Assembly: GCA_963833095.1 (NCBI GenBank) | Contig: CAWHWQ010000001.1 | Span: 672,001 to 736,000, forward strand | Direction: 5' to 3' | DNA: 64,000 bases | DNA from: Vulcanimicrobiota bacterium | GTDB taxonomy: Bacteria; Vulcanimicrobiota; Vulcanimicrobiia; Vulcanimicrobiales; Vulcanimicrobiaceae | In this document: positions 50,808-60,348 of the stretch, piece after piece | How positions within the stretch are numbered: position 1 is the stretch's first letter | Layout: the number at the start of each line of letters is the position of its first letter | Program-made: the position numbers and the translations under genes | The notes under the pieces: model-generated | What the model was told of the DNA's origin: nothing | Database searches by the model: none | What the model saw: the letters and a program-made list of their open reading frames with translations, nothing else

Positions 50808-52831
50808 CGCACGAGCTCGACACGCTGGGGGTAGATCGGGCGGTTGATAATCCGTTCGAGGTCATCGGCGCGCGCGCTTAGCACCAGTTCGCAGAAGCGT
50901 TTGAAACTCTCGCGTTCGGCCTCGCCTTCGGCGAAGCGCTCGTTGCGCTCGAGATCGACTTTTCCGTCGACGCGCAAAAACCGGATGTAACGGCCGTCGT
51001 CGTCTTCGCCTAGCTCGACCAGGCCCTCGTCCTCAAAGATGTGCAGCGCGCTGCTGACCGTGCGCTCGTTCACCTTATCGAGTTCGAGCGTGCGCGCGAT
51101 ATCGACGAACGTCATGCGCACGACATTGTCGCGAGCAAGCCCGCGAACCCCACGATAGAGCGCGCGCAGGACGCTGAGCGTCGGGGCCTCACGATCGATG
51201 ATGAACTCGTTGATCGCGCGATCGCTCTTACCGAAGAGCAGGTGGATTTGGGCTGGAGCACCGTCGCGCCCGGCCCGCCCAGCTTGCTGGTTGAACTCGG
51301 TGAAATCGAAGTTGAGATGATAGAGCACGACGTGCCGCACGTCGGGAAGATCGATCCCTTCGCCAAAAGCCGAGGTCGCGACGACGATGCGCAACTCCCC
51401 CTCTCGGAAAAATCGTTCGACTTCGTGCCGCTCGGGCGACGGCATCCCGGCGTGATAGAACATGACCTCGTCGCCAAGCTTTTTGCGCAGGCTCTGCGCG
51501 AGTTTGGTAGCTTCCTTGCGCGAGTTGCAGTAGACGATACCTTTCTCGCCGCCGGAGAAAAGGTCGAGCAGATAGCCCTGCTTATCTTTGGTCTCGCGAG
51601 CATCGGTTACATGCAGATTCTCACGCACGGTCGGGTCGATGATCCAGGCGTTGATGCGCAAGTCGCGCAAGATCTGTTCGAAGGCTTCGTCGTTCGCGGT
51701 CGCGGTCAGCGCGAGAACTTGCGCTGAACCCAGTGCCGCGATCGTCGCGCCGAGGCGCCCGTACGCCGCGCGATGGCGTGATTCGTAGACGTGATGCGCC
51801 TCGTCGACGACTACGAACGACGGAACGCTCGCACCGGCAAACTCCTCGCAATGGAATTCGAGAAACTCCGGGGTCGCGAGCACGATATCCCACGCGCCCT
51901 CGCGCAGCGCGGCGAAGAGCTCTTCGCGTTCGTCGTGCGAAATCGAACCGTTGGCGCGATAGATTCGCAGACCGAATGGGTCGAGCTTTCGAATCAGCGC
52001 TTCGTACTGATCGTTGGCAAGCGCGCGCAGCGGATAGACGACCAGCGTTTTCCCAGCGCTCTCGAGCGCGCGAATCGCGGCGGGATATTGAAAGCAGAAC
52101 GATTTGCCGCGCCCCGTTCCGAGCACGACGAGCGTGTTGCGTCCCGCCTCGATGCGATCGAGCGCCTGTTGCTGCGCGACATGCAGCCTCGCCTCGCCAA
52201 TCAGCGCCTTCCGAATAGCCTCTTCTACCTTGTCATCCCGACCTGATTCGGCTGCGCCGAATCCTCGGCGTTCCGCCTTGGGCCGATCCGCGCTCCTTAG
52301 CGATGATTCGTGGTCGCGCCACATATAGATATTCACGCCACGATTTTTCTCACCGCCACCGGTCAGTGATTCGACGCGCGCGGAATAGCGCGCGCCGCCG
52401 TCGATCAGCGGCGCAAGGTGCTTGGCGATCTCTTTGCGGACGAAACCCAATTGCAGCCCGCCGTAGCGAACGGCAATCGCATTGGCGTCGTATTGGTTGG
52501 CCGGTTGTCGTTCGAGCACGAGATCCGTGCCAACGCGTAAACCGGCAATCGTGTCTTGCCGGCCCTCGAATGAGACGCCGACGAGTTTGGTGTGAAACTG
52601 CGAGGCGCCACCGATCGTCGCATAGCGATCGTCGGCATACTCTTTGGCGTGCGCAAACGCCCGCTCCGTAAATGCCGAGAGCCGGTCCCTCGATTTCGTC
52701 TCGTTTTTCTCGCCGTCGCTCGGGATGGCAACGTCACCGACGAACGCGCGGAACGCGCGCTCAAAAGCAGCTTCCGACGGCGTCGGCGCCGGAAGCGACG
52801 ATTTACTCTTGGTGCGCGCCGTCCGGCTCAT
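50804..52831 (-). CDS. HIRAN domain + DEAH-box RecQ-like helicase
   Basis: TKLVGVSFEGRQ..LERQPANQYDANAI (HIRAN); GTGRGKS, DEAHH, LTATA, ATSAFGEGID and QQAGRAGRDG. Confidence 0.9.
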   Translation of the reverse strand: MSRTARTKSKSSLPAPTPSEAAFERAFRAFVGDVAIPSDGEKNETKSRDRLSAFTERAFAHAKEYADDRYATIGGASQFHTKLVGVSFEGRQDTIAGLRVGTDLVLERQPANQYDANAIAVRYGGLQLGFVRKEIAKHLAPLIDGGARYSARVESLTGGGEKNRGVNIYMWRDHESSLRSADRPKAERRGFGAAESGRDDKVEEAIRKALIGEARLHVAQQQALDRIEAGRNTLVVLGTGRGKSFCFQYPAAIRALESAGKTLVVYPLRALANDQYEALIRKLDPFGLRIYRANGSISHDEREELFAALREGAWDIVLATPEFLEFHCEEFAGASVPSFVVVDEAHHVYESRHRAAYGRLGATIAALGSAQVLALTATANDEAFEQILRDLRINAWIIDPTVRENLHVTDARETKDKQGYLLDLFSGGEKGIVYCNSRKEATKLAQSLRKKLGDEVMFYHAGMPSPERHEVERFFREGELRIVVATSAFGEGIDLPDVRHVVLYHLNFDFTEFNQQAGRAGRDGAPAQIHLLFGKSDRAINEFIIDREAPTLSVLRALYRGVRGLARDNVVRMTFVDIARTLELDKVNERTVSSALHIFEDEGLVELGEDDDGRYIRFLRVDGKVDLERNERFAEGEAERESFKRFCELVLSARADDLERIINRPIYPQRVELVR

Positions 52832-54074
52832 GCTCCGGTACGGGAGCATCGAACTCATCGAGATTCATGATGATCTCTTCATGTCCGGCGTCGTAGGCCG
52901 CATCGTGCAGCCCGCTGGTCTGCGCGTCGAGCGGATCGACCGTCTCAAGTGTCTCGATCGAACCGCCGTCCTCGCGCTTGCGTTTGTAGCGCGCAGGCGA
53001 CGTCTGCGGCGCGCGCACCGAAGACTTCTCCTTCTCGCGGCGCGCACGGCGAGCCGCAACGATATCATCGCGCGAGGCGCGGCTGGCGGCCGTCTCGACG
53101 CGTGCCGGCCTTTGGCCGGACCCACTGAGCGATGTATGGAGCCTGCGCGCGGCCGCTTCGAGTTGGCGCTTGCGGAACCCGAGCACGAGCGGAGCGGAAA
53201 AGAAGATCGAGTGATAGCCGCCCGAGCAGATGCCGACGAGCAATGCGAAGGCGAAGTTCTTCAGGCTCGCGCCGCCAAGCGCTAGCAGAGCGACAAGCGT
53301 AATGATCACGGTCGCGAGGGTATTGAACGAACGTGTCATCGTCTGCTTGATCGATTCGTTCACGATCGTCTCATAGGGGATGCCGACCATGAGCTTGGTG
53401 TTCTCACGGATTCGGTCCAAAATGACGATCGTGTCCATGACCGAGTAGCCGATAACCGTCAGCACTGCGGCGAGGAACGCATCGTCGGCCGGACGATTGG
53501 CGAGGGCGTAAATGCCGATCATCATCGCTGCGTCGCGCACCAGCGCGATGACGGTCACGAGGCCGAAGATGTAATTCCAGCCGAAGCGGAACGCGATATA
53601 GATGAACTGGATACTCAGCGCAATGACCAACGCCCAGAGTGCGTCGCGCAAATACTCGCCGCCGAGCGTCGGGCCGATCGCGGTAATGCTGAGCTGGCTC
53701 GGGTCGATCGGCGCGGCCTTGTTCAGCGCATCTTTGAGCGGGACGGAATCGTTGGCAAACGAGGTCTGCGTCTCGATCGTGAAATGCTTGCCGTCGGTTC
53801 CGGCGGTGTTAATGCGCTCATCCGCGAGATTGAGCGGGGCGAGCGCGGCCGTGACCGCATCCGTGGTCACGGGTTGCGTGAACGCAACGTCGACTTCGGT
53901 ACCACCCGTGAAGGTGAGCCCTAAACGCAGCATCTGTTTCGGCTGGAAACCGTGCCCGCCTTCGAAGCCGTGATAGATCATCGCGCCAAAACCAATCGCG
54001 ATGATGAGATACGAGATCGCCGAAACGGTGCGGAACCAGCCGACGATATTCCAGTTGAGCTTGCGGAAAAACAT
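52803..54074 (-). CDS. secF: Protein translocase subunit SecF with long charged C-terminal tail
   Basis: LGLTFTGGT, IGPTLG, YIAFRF, GYSVMDTIVILDRIREN and TMTRS. Confidence 0.96.
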   Translation of the reverse strand: MFFRKLNWNIVGWFRTVSAISYLIIAIGFGAMIYHGFEGGHGFQPKQMLRLGLTFTGGTEVDVAFTQPVTTDAVTAALAPLNLADERINTAGTDGKHFTIETQTSFANDSVPLKDALNKAAPIDPSQLSITAIGPTLGGEYLRDALWALVIALSIQFIYIAFRFGWNYIFGLVTVIALVRDAAMMIGIYALANRPADDAFLAAVLTVIGYSVMDTIVILDRIRENTKLMVGIPYETIVNESIKQTMTRSFNTLATVIITLVALLALGGASLKNFAFALLVGICSGGYHSIFFSAPLVLGFRKRQLEAAARRLHTSLSGSGQRPARVETAASRASRDDIVAARRARREKEKSSVRAPQTSPARYKRKREDGGSIETLETVDPLDAQTSGLHDAAYDAGHEEIIMNLDEFDAPVPEHEPDGAHQE

Positions 54075-54077
54075 GAT

Positions 54078-55457
54078 TTACGCCTGCGCCCCCGTCGTCT
54101 TGGCAAAGATGCCAACGTCTTCGGACTTGACGCCGTAGAACTCGGGAGCACTCAGAAGATTGTTATCGACGAGCACGTCGACAAAGAATCGGGTGATAAA
54201 GACGGCTGTGACCAACGAGACCACGGTGCCCCAGAAGAGCGTGAACGCGAAGCCCTTCACCGTGCCGGTGCCGAGCATGAAGAGCACGCCGGCGCCGACG
54301 ATCGTGGTGAAGTGGCTGTCGAAGACCGCCGAGAACGCGCGGGAGAATCCGACGCGTACCGAAGCGCGCATCGTCTTGCCGTTCCACAGCTCTTCTTTGA
54401 TACGTTCGAAGATCAGGACGTTGGCGTCGACCGCCATACCGATCGAGAGGACGAAACCGGCGATGCCGGGCAGTGTCAGCGTCGCGTGCGAGAGCGCCAG
54501 AATCCCAAGCATTACGATCACGTAGATCACCAGCGCGAGGTCAGCCAAGAGGCCGGGCAGGCGATAGACGGCGATCATAAAGAGCAGCACGAGGCCTAGG
54601 CCCAGCATCGACGCTTTTAGCGATTGGACCAAGTCGATTTTTCCGAGCGTCGGGCCGATCGACTCTTTCTCGATGATCGTGATCGAGGCAGGCAGCGCCC
54701 CGGCATTGAGTTCGTTAGCGAGCGTGGTCGTTTGCTCTTGCGTGAATTGGCCGGTAATCTCGCCGCTGTCCGAGATCTCGCCGATGATCGTCGCAGCTGA
54801 AACGTAACGTTCATCGAGAAAAATGGCGAGCAGTTTTCCTATATTCTTGTGGGTCAGCTCTGCGAACTTCGACGGGTCCTTCGTTTGAAAGGTGATGTTT
54901 GGGTTGCCGGATTGATCGTAGCTGGCCTGCGCGCCTTTGAGTTCTTTGCCGGTGTACACGACCGCACCGCTCGCGTCGTACGCGCCGTGTTCCACGTATG
55001 CTTGCGCCGCGGCACGCTGCTTCGCGGTCACACCGGGAACCTTGGGATTGTTGACGACCGACAACGCCTGTTCGGCCTTCGCGCTGACGTCCGGCGGCAT
55101 GATCTTATAGGTCAGCACCGCGACCTGTTTGATCAGTTGCTCGGCCTCATCGGGATTTTTGAGATTTGGAATCTCGACCAGAAGCCGGTCACTGCCGACA
55201 TTGCTGATCTCGGGCTCCGTGACGCCTAGCGAATTGATGCGTTGGTCGATGACCTGTCGCGTCTGCGCTTGGATATCCGATGTGATTGGACCCGATGCCG
55301 CCGTTGGCGAGAGCTGAAGCAACAGGCGCGAGCCGCCCTGAAGGTCGAGCCCGAGATGAATCTTCTGATCGATCGGCAGGCATGCCCACAACGAATAAGC
55401 GACCACGCCGGCGATCACCAGCGCTTTGACAAACGGTTTAAAAGTGTTCCAGCTCAT
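54078..55457 (-). CDS. secD: Protein translocase subunit SecD
   Basis: LGLDLQGG, RINSLGVTEP, LTLPGIAG and DANVLIFERIKEE. Confidence 0.97.
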   Translation of the reverse strand: MSWNTFKPFVKALVIAGVVAYSLWACLPIDQKIHLGLDLQGGSRLLLQLSPTAASGPITSDIQAQTRQVIDQRINSLGVTEPEISNVGSDRLLVEIPNLKNPDEAEQLIKQVAVLTYKIMPPDVSAKAEQALSVVNNPKVPGVTAKQRAAAQAYVEHGAYDASGAVVYTGKELKGAQASYDQSGNPNITFQTKDPSKFAELTHKNIGKLLAIFLDERYVSAATIIGEISDSGEITGQFTQEQTTTLANELNAGALPASITIIEKESIGPTLGKIDLVQSLKASMLGLGLVLLFMIAVYRLPGLLADLALVIYVIVMLGILALSHATLTLPGIAGFVLSIGMAVDANVLIFERIKEELWNGKTMRASVRVGFSRAFSAVFDSHFTTIVGAGVLFMLGTGTVKGFAFTLFWGTVVSLVTAVFITRFFVDVLVDNNLLSAPEFYGVKSEDVGIFAKTTGAQA

Positions 55458-55529
55458 GCGGCTTTCGACGGTGGTCCCAAAGAAAGGGCCCAGGCAGGGC
55501 GCCGGGGCCGGGAGGTCTTTAACCTAGAG

Positions 55530-55558
55530 ACTGTATCAGCCTCCCGCGCCCTCGTCAA
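55530..55558 (-). promoter_or_regulatory. Sigma-70 promoter upstream of secD
   Basis: TTGACG-N17-TACAGT on the minus strand. Confidence 0.6.
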
Positions 55559-55587
55559 AGGAGGGCTCCCTGTCAAAGAAAGTGCGG

Positions 55588-57627
55588 CTACGAAACGTAA
55601 GCCCGGGCCCCGATCATGCCCGCCGGCGCGAGCGGCATTTCGGGCGGCAGCTCCGCATAGCTGAGCACGTCGGCGCGAATACCCGAGCGTACCAAGAGAT
55701 CGGACAGCACGGGGCGCAGCGATGCGCTGCAGAGCAGCGCCGAGCGATCGCGCGGAACGCGCGCAATATAAGCGGCAACCTCGTCGCGCAAGTCGAGTGC
55801 ACGCTTCGGATCAGGCGCAAGCTCGGCGCCGTATCCGACCCATTGGCGCACGAGGTCACGATCGTACTCGGCGTCGATCACCAGCGGTTCGAGACATTCG
55901 ATTCCTCGTCTGCGCAGAAGATCCGGAAGAATCGCGCGCCGCGCCACTTCAGCGAGCTCGCGCGGATCGCGCGAGGGCGACTCGAGCATCGCCTGCAGCA
56001 CGGTGACCGGATCGCGGGGCCACGCCTGCTCTCGCAACAAATGGCCGAAGGCTTTGTGCAATGTGCCGAGCGGAAATGCATCGGTGCCGACATCGCGAAT
56101 CAGCGCCGGCATGGTCGCGCGTAAGTGCTCGAGCAGCGTCTGCAGCTCTTGGCGCCCAAGCAATTCGCCCGCGTGACGACGCACCGTCTCGGCAACGTGC
56201 GAACCGATGATCGAGATCGGATCAAATACCAGCGCGCCGGCCGACGCGGTGCGCTCGCGATCGTTCGGATCGATCCATGCAGCCGGCAATCCATACACGG
56301 GTTCCGCTTCGACGCGCAACCCGAGCCGAGAGAGGACCTCCGCATCGGCGACAGCCATCACGCGAGCGAGGTCGAGGCGTCCGTCGGCAACAATCCGGTC
56401 GCGCACACGAATCGCATACGTCTGCGGATCGCGTGCAAGATCGTCGCGCAGACGCACGCCGGGAAGCACCAGGCCGATCTCACCCGCAAGCGCGCGGCGC
56501 ACCTCACCAATACGATCCAGCAGCGCGTCGGAAAGCGGCGGTACCAGGAGATGGGCTAGATCCGCGCCGACCTCGATCGACATCGCGTCGACGCCGACCA
56601 AGCTCAGCGCGAGTTCGGGGCGGCGCAAGGCCTGACGCTTCGCGCGGTCGCTCGCACTACGCGACTGATCGTCGAGCATGCGCCTCTTCCGTACGGCAAC
56701 CTGCGCGAGAACGAACGCGCATGCGCCGAGAACTAGGAATACACCGCGCGGTAGCGCGGGCACGAACGACAGCACGAGCAGCAGGGCTCCGGCACTGCGC
56801 AGCACATCCGGCCGGGCGAAAAGCTGGGCCGCCAAGTCTGCGCCGAGGGCCCCGTCGGAGGCGACGCGCGTGACCATCATGCCCATCGCAGTTGAAATCA
56901 GAAACGCCGGCAACGTCGTCACCAGCGCATTGCCGATCGAAAGCAGCGCATAGGTATTGACCGCATCGAGCGGTGACAGGCCGTGATAGGCAATTCCTAC
57001 CACAATACCACCGGCAAGATTGAGCGCCACGATGACGAGCGCTGCCAGCGCGTCGCCTTTGACGAATTTTCCGGCCCCGTCCATTGCGCCATAAAAGTCA
57101 GCCTCGCGCTGCACCCCCGCGCGTTTGCGGCGCGCGCCCTCGGCATCGAGTGCGCCGGCGTGCACATCGGCGTCGATCGCCATCTGCTTGCCCGGCATGG
57201 CATCGAGCGTGAAGCGCGCAGCGACCTCGGCGACACGTTGCGACCCGCTTGCGATAACGATGAACTGAATCGTGATCAAAATTGCAAAGATGATCAGCCC
57301 AACGACCAAATTTCCATGCACGACGAACGCGCCGAATGCCGGAATGATCGATCCGACCGCGCCCGGTATTGCACCTTGCGTGAGGATGAGGCGTGTCGCC
57401 GAGACATCGAGCGAAAGACGAAAGAGCGTCGCGACCAGCAGTGCCGGCGCGAACGCCGAGAACTCGAGTGGGTCCTCGATCGTCACCGCCAGCAGAAGCA
57501 CCAGCGCCGACCCGAAGATGTTGATACCCAGGAGCACATCGAGTAGTGCCGGCGGCAACGGGACGATCAGAATGCCGACGATCGCAAGCAGAACTCCGGC
57601 AAAGGCATAGACCGGTAGCCGCGTCAC
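55588..57627 (-). CDS. flhA: Flagellar export protein FlhA
   Basis: RVAEVAARFTLDAMPGKQMAIDAD and FYGAMDGAGKFVKGDA. Confidence 0.95.
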   Translation of the reverse strand: MTRLPVYAFAGVLLAIVGILIVPLPPALLDVLLGINIFGSALVLLLAVTIEDPLEFSAFAPALLVATLFRLSLDVSATRLILTQGAIPGAVGSIIPAFGAFVVHGNLVVGLIIFAILITIQFIVIASGSQRVAEVAARFTLDAMPGKQMAIDADVHAGALDAEGARRKRAGVQREADFYGAMDGAGKFVKGDALAALVIVALNLAGGIVVGIAYHGLSPLDAVNTYALLSIGNALVTTLPAFLISTAMGMMVTRVASDGALGADLAAQLFARPDVLRSAGALLLVLSFVPALPRGVFLVLGACAFVLAQVAVRKRRMLDDQSRSASDRAKRQALRRPELALSLVGVDAMSIEVGADLAHLLVPPLSDALLDRIGEVRRALAGEIGLVLPGVRLRDDLARDPQTYAIRVRDRIVADGRLDLARVMAVADAEVLSRLGLRVEAEPVYGLPAAWIDPNDRERTASAGALVFDPISIIGSHVAETVRRHAGELLGRQELQTLLEHLRATMPALIRDVGTDAFPLGTLHKAFGHLLREQAWPRDPVTVLQAMLESPSRDPRELAEVARRAILPDLLRRRGIECLEPLVIDAEYDRDLVRQWVGYGAELAPDPKRALDLRDEVAAYIARVPRDRSALLCSASLRPVLSDLLVRSGIRADVLSYAELPPEMPLAPAGMIGARAYVS

Positions 57628-58652
57628 GTGGGGAGCCGCTCCCCAAGCGCTCGGCTGCGGATGAGCGATGCCACGACCTCTGCCACTGCGACGTAATGCT
57701 CATGCGCGATCGGATCACCGACGGCGCCGTCGCGATAGAGCGCGCGCGCCAAGTACACGTTTTCGATCACCGGTACGCCGTATTGCGCAGCCGCTTCTCG
57801 CACGCGTAACGCCATCTCGTCAGCCGCGCGAACCAACACCGTCGGCACCGGCACCTGCGGCGGGCGATAGTCCAGCGCGACGGCAACGTGCGTCGGATTG
57901 ACGACCACGAACGCCGCGTCTTTGACGCGCGCGAGCGCGCCCCGCATCAGATTGCGATGCAACGCCTTGCGGCGGCTTCGAGCGAGAGGATCGCCGTCGC
58001 TCTCTTTCAATTCTCGCCGCAGCTCGGCCAAACTCATGCGCAGCTTACGCAGCCATGCGCGCCGCGCCACGGCGAACTCCGCTATCGCAAAGAGCAATCC
58101 CACGGCGACCGCCGCAAACACAACATGCGTTGCACCGTCCCAAGCGATCTGCGCCGTGCTCAATGGCGGTAGCGCAACCGTCGCCGCGCTCACCAGTTGG
58201 CGCAGCGTGGGCACCATCGCGATCGACGCCAGGAAGAAGGCGACGAGCGCGCGCGCTCCGTGCAGGGCGGCTTCTCGTGAAATCATGCGCTTGATGCCTT
58301 CAACCGGGGCCAGCCGCTCGAATTTGAGCGACGGCGCCACGAACACGAAACCTCCGCCTTGCATGATGCCACCCAGCGTGCCGGCTACCGCGCCGGCGGC
58401 CATCGGCACCAGCGCAAGCGCTATCATCGCGACGCAGAGTGCCACCGGCGCCCCGCCGCGCGCGGCAACGGTCAACGCAGCGCGATCAAGTGCGCCAATC
58501 GGCGCCGCCGCAGCAAGCATCGCAAGCACAGCTGCTGCGAACGCGAGATTCGCACCGAACTCTTGTGCGCGCGGAAGATTGCCTTCTCGCCGCGCTTTAG
58601 CAATCCGTGATGGCGGCGCATCGAAGCTCTTCTCGCTGCTATCGGCGCTCAC
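57624..58652 (-). CDS. flhB: Flagellar export protein FlhB
   Basis: EKSFDAPPSRIAKARREG, ELKESDGDP, NPTH autocleavage motif and ENVYLARALY. Confidence 0.92.
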   Translation of the reverse strand: MSADSSEKSFDAPPSRIAKARREGNLPRAQEFGANLAFAAAVLAMLAAAAPIGALDRAALTVAARGGAPVALCVAMIALALVPMAAGAVAGTLGGIMQGGGFVFVAPSLKFERLAPVEGIKRMISREAALHGARALVAFFLASIAMVPTLRQLVSAATVALPPLSTAQIAWDGATHVVFAAVAVGLLFAIAEFAVARRAWLRKLRMSLAELRRELKESDGDPLARSRRKALHRNLMRGALARVKDAAFVVVNPTHVAVALDYRPPQVPVPTVLVRAADEMALRVREAAAQYGVPVIENVYLARALYRDGAVGDPIAHEHYVAVAEVVASLIRSRALGERLPT

Positions 58653-59362
58653 GGTGTATTTCCCGGATAGAGCAACAACGGATGGGCCGCGCGCGCGGCT
58701 AAGAGTGGGAGCGACACCGCCGTAACGAGTAAGACTGCGCCGAAGACCAGCGGAAACGAGAGCAAGAATCCGGAGAACCGAGGGACCGCGCGCGAGAGGG
58801 CCGCAAGGGCAATCTGCACGACGAAAGCCAGCGCAATTGCCGGCGCAGCGACGGCCAACGCCACCAACACGATCGTGCCGGCAAGCGCTGCCGCAAACGG
58901 AAGCCACGCATGTGGATCGAAAGGCGCTCCCGGCGCTACCCGCACGAAACTCTGCGAAAACGCAAGCAGCGTTACCCGATAGGAGCCGAACAGAAAATAT
59001 CCGCCGGTAAACGCAATCGACCAGACGCGGCCGAACCCGCTTGGTGCGACCAACTGCACGCTCGGCGCGATCGCCTTGACGCCGACGTAATCGTCGAGCA
59101 TGCGCCCACCCGCGTATGCGCCGTCATAGAGCAGTGAGGCGCCCATGCCGATCGCGCAGCCGAGTAAGAATTCGACAACAAGTCCAATGAGGAGCATGAG
59201 TCCGTCGAAATGCACCTCGCGCAATCCCGGTGCGATCGCCACCGTGAGCAAAAGCGCGATTCCCGCGCGCAGCGTATGCGGCACGCTCGGATGCGAAAAG
59301 CCGGGCGCACGCGCAGCGAATCCCGCGCTGCGCGCAAAGACCAGCAGCGCGGTGGCCGTCAC
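58649..59362 (-). CDS. fliR: Flagellar export protein FliR
   Basis: FARSAG..APGF, EFLLG..IG, AG..LD and LSRAVP; lies between fliQ and flhB. Confidence 0.85.
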   Translation of the reverse strand: MTATALLVFARSAGFAARAPGFSHPSVPHTLRAGIALLLTVAIAPGLREVHFDGLMLLIGLVVEFLLGCAIGMGASLLYDGAYAGGRMLDDYVGVKAIAPSVQLVAPSGFGRVWSIAFTGGYFLFGSYRVTLLAFSQSFVRVAPGAPFDPHAWLPFAAALAGTIVLVALAVAAPAIALAFVVQIALAALSRAVPRFSGFLLSFPLVFGAVLLVTAVSLPLLAARAAHPLLLYPGNTP

Positions 59363-59628
59363 GATCCGTACACCAGCGCCGGAATCGCGGCCAGCGCGTC
59401 GTTGAAGAGCTGCGCGCACGCGTGCATTCCGAAAGCGCCAAAAAGCGCGACGGTCACTCCGACGGCGATGACCTTGGGCAAGAGCGTGAGCGTTTGCTCT
59501 TGAACTTGGGTTGCGGCCTGCACGATCGCGACCGACGTGCCGACAAGTGCGGCGATCGCAAGCACCGGTATGCACAAGATTGCGGCTAGCACCATCGTCT
59601 CGCGCAACAACGCATCGAACGCGCCCAT
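59359..59628 (-). CDS. fliQ: Flagellar export protein FliQ
   Basis: QAATQVQEQTLTLLPK. Confidence 0.95.
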   Translation of the reverse strand: MGAFDALLRETMVLAAILCIPVLAIAALVGTSVAIVQAATQVQEQTLTLLPKVIAVGVTVALFGAFGMHACAQLFNDALAAIPALVYGS

Positions 59629-59682
59629 GGGCCGACGGTACGAGGGGCGCGTTACCTCAATGTTGCCGGAAGTTGTGCAGCG

Positions 59683-60348
59683 CTAGCGCACGAGAGCAAA
59701 GGCGAGGCCGTCGTAGCCCTTGTGCCCGACCGTCTGTAGCGCGGTGGCTTCCAGCCGCGGCTCTGCCGCAAGGAGTTCCAGCGCGCGCTTCGTGCCTGCG
59801 ACCATCGGGTCGCGGTTGGACGGATCGATGATCGCTCCATCGCGCACGACGTTGTCGAGAACGATCAGCGTGCCGGGGCGCGACAACTCGAGCGCGCGCC
59901 GAATGTAGTTGGCATTATTCTCTTTGTCAGCGTCGATGAAGAACATATCGAACGATTCAGCGCCCGACGCGATGAGCCGATCCAGCGTCTGCAACGCCGG
60001 CCCGAGTTCGACGGTCGCAATGGTATCTAATAGTGCTGCAGCCAGATTCGCGCGGGCGACCGCGGCATGCTCGGGATCGATTTCGAGCGTGATCAGCTTG
60101 CCGTCTTGGGGGAGAGCACGCGCGAGCCAGATCGCACTGTAGCCGCCAAGCGTCCCTATTTCGAGAATCCGGCGCGCTGCTTGCATACGCGCGAGCAGAT
60201 AGAGGAGCTTTCCTTGCACGGCCGAGACGGCGATCGGGGGCAGCCCAGCCGCGGCACTCGTATCAAGCGCGTGGGTAAGATCGGAGTCCTCGCCCACGAA
60301 CAGTGTAGAAAGATAGTCGTCGACTTTCTCGGCGCGATCGGTCGTCAT
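59683..60348 (-). CDS. Class I SAM-dependent O-methyltransferase (caffeoyl-CoA OMT-like)
   Basis: ILEIGTLGGYSAIW, FIDADK and DNVVRDG. Confidence 0.93.
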   Translation of the reverse strand: MTTDRAEKVDDYLSTLFVGEDSDLTHALDTSAAAGLPPIAVSAVQGKLLYLLARMQAARRILEIGTLGGYSAIWLARALPQDGKLITLEIDPEHAAVARANLAAALLDTIATVELGPALQTLDRLIASGAESFDMFFIDADKENNANYIRRALELSRPGTLIVLDNVVRDGAIIDPSNRDPMVAGTKRALELLAAEPRLEATALQTVGHKGYDGLAFALVR

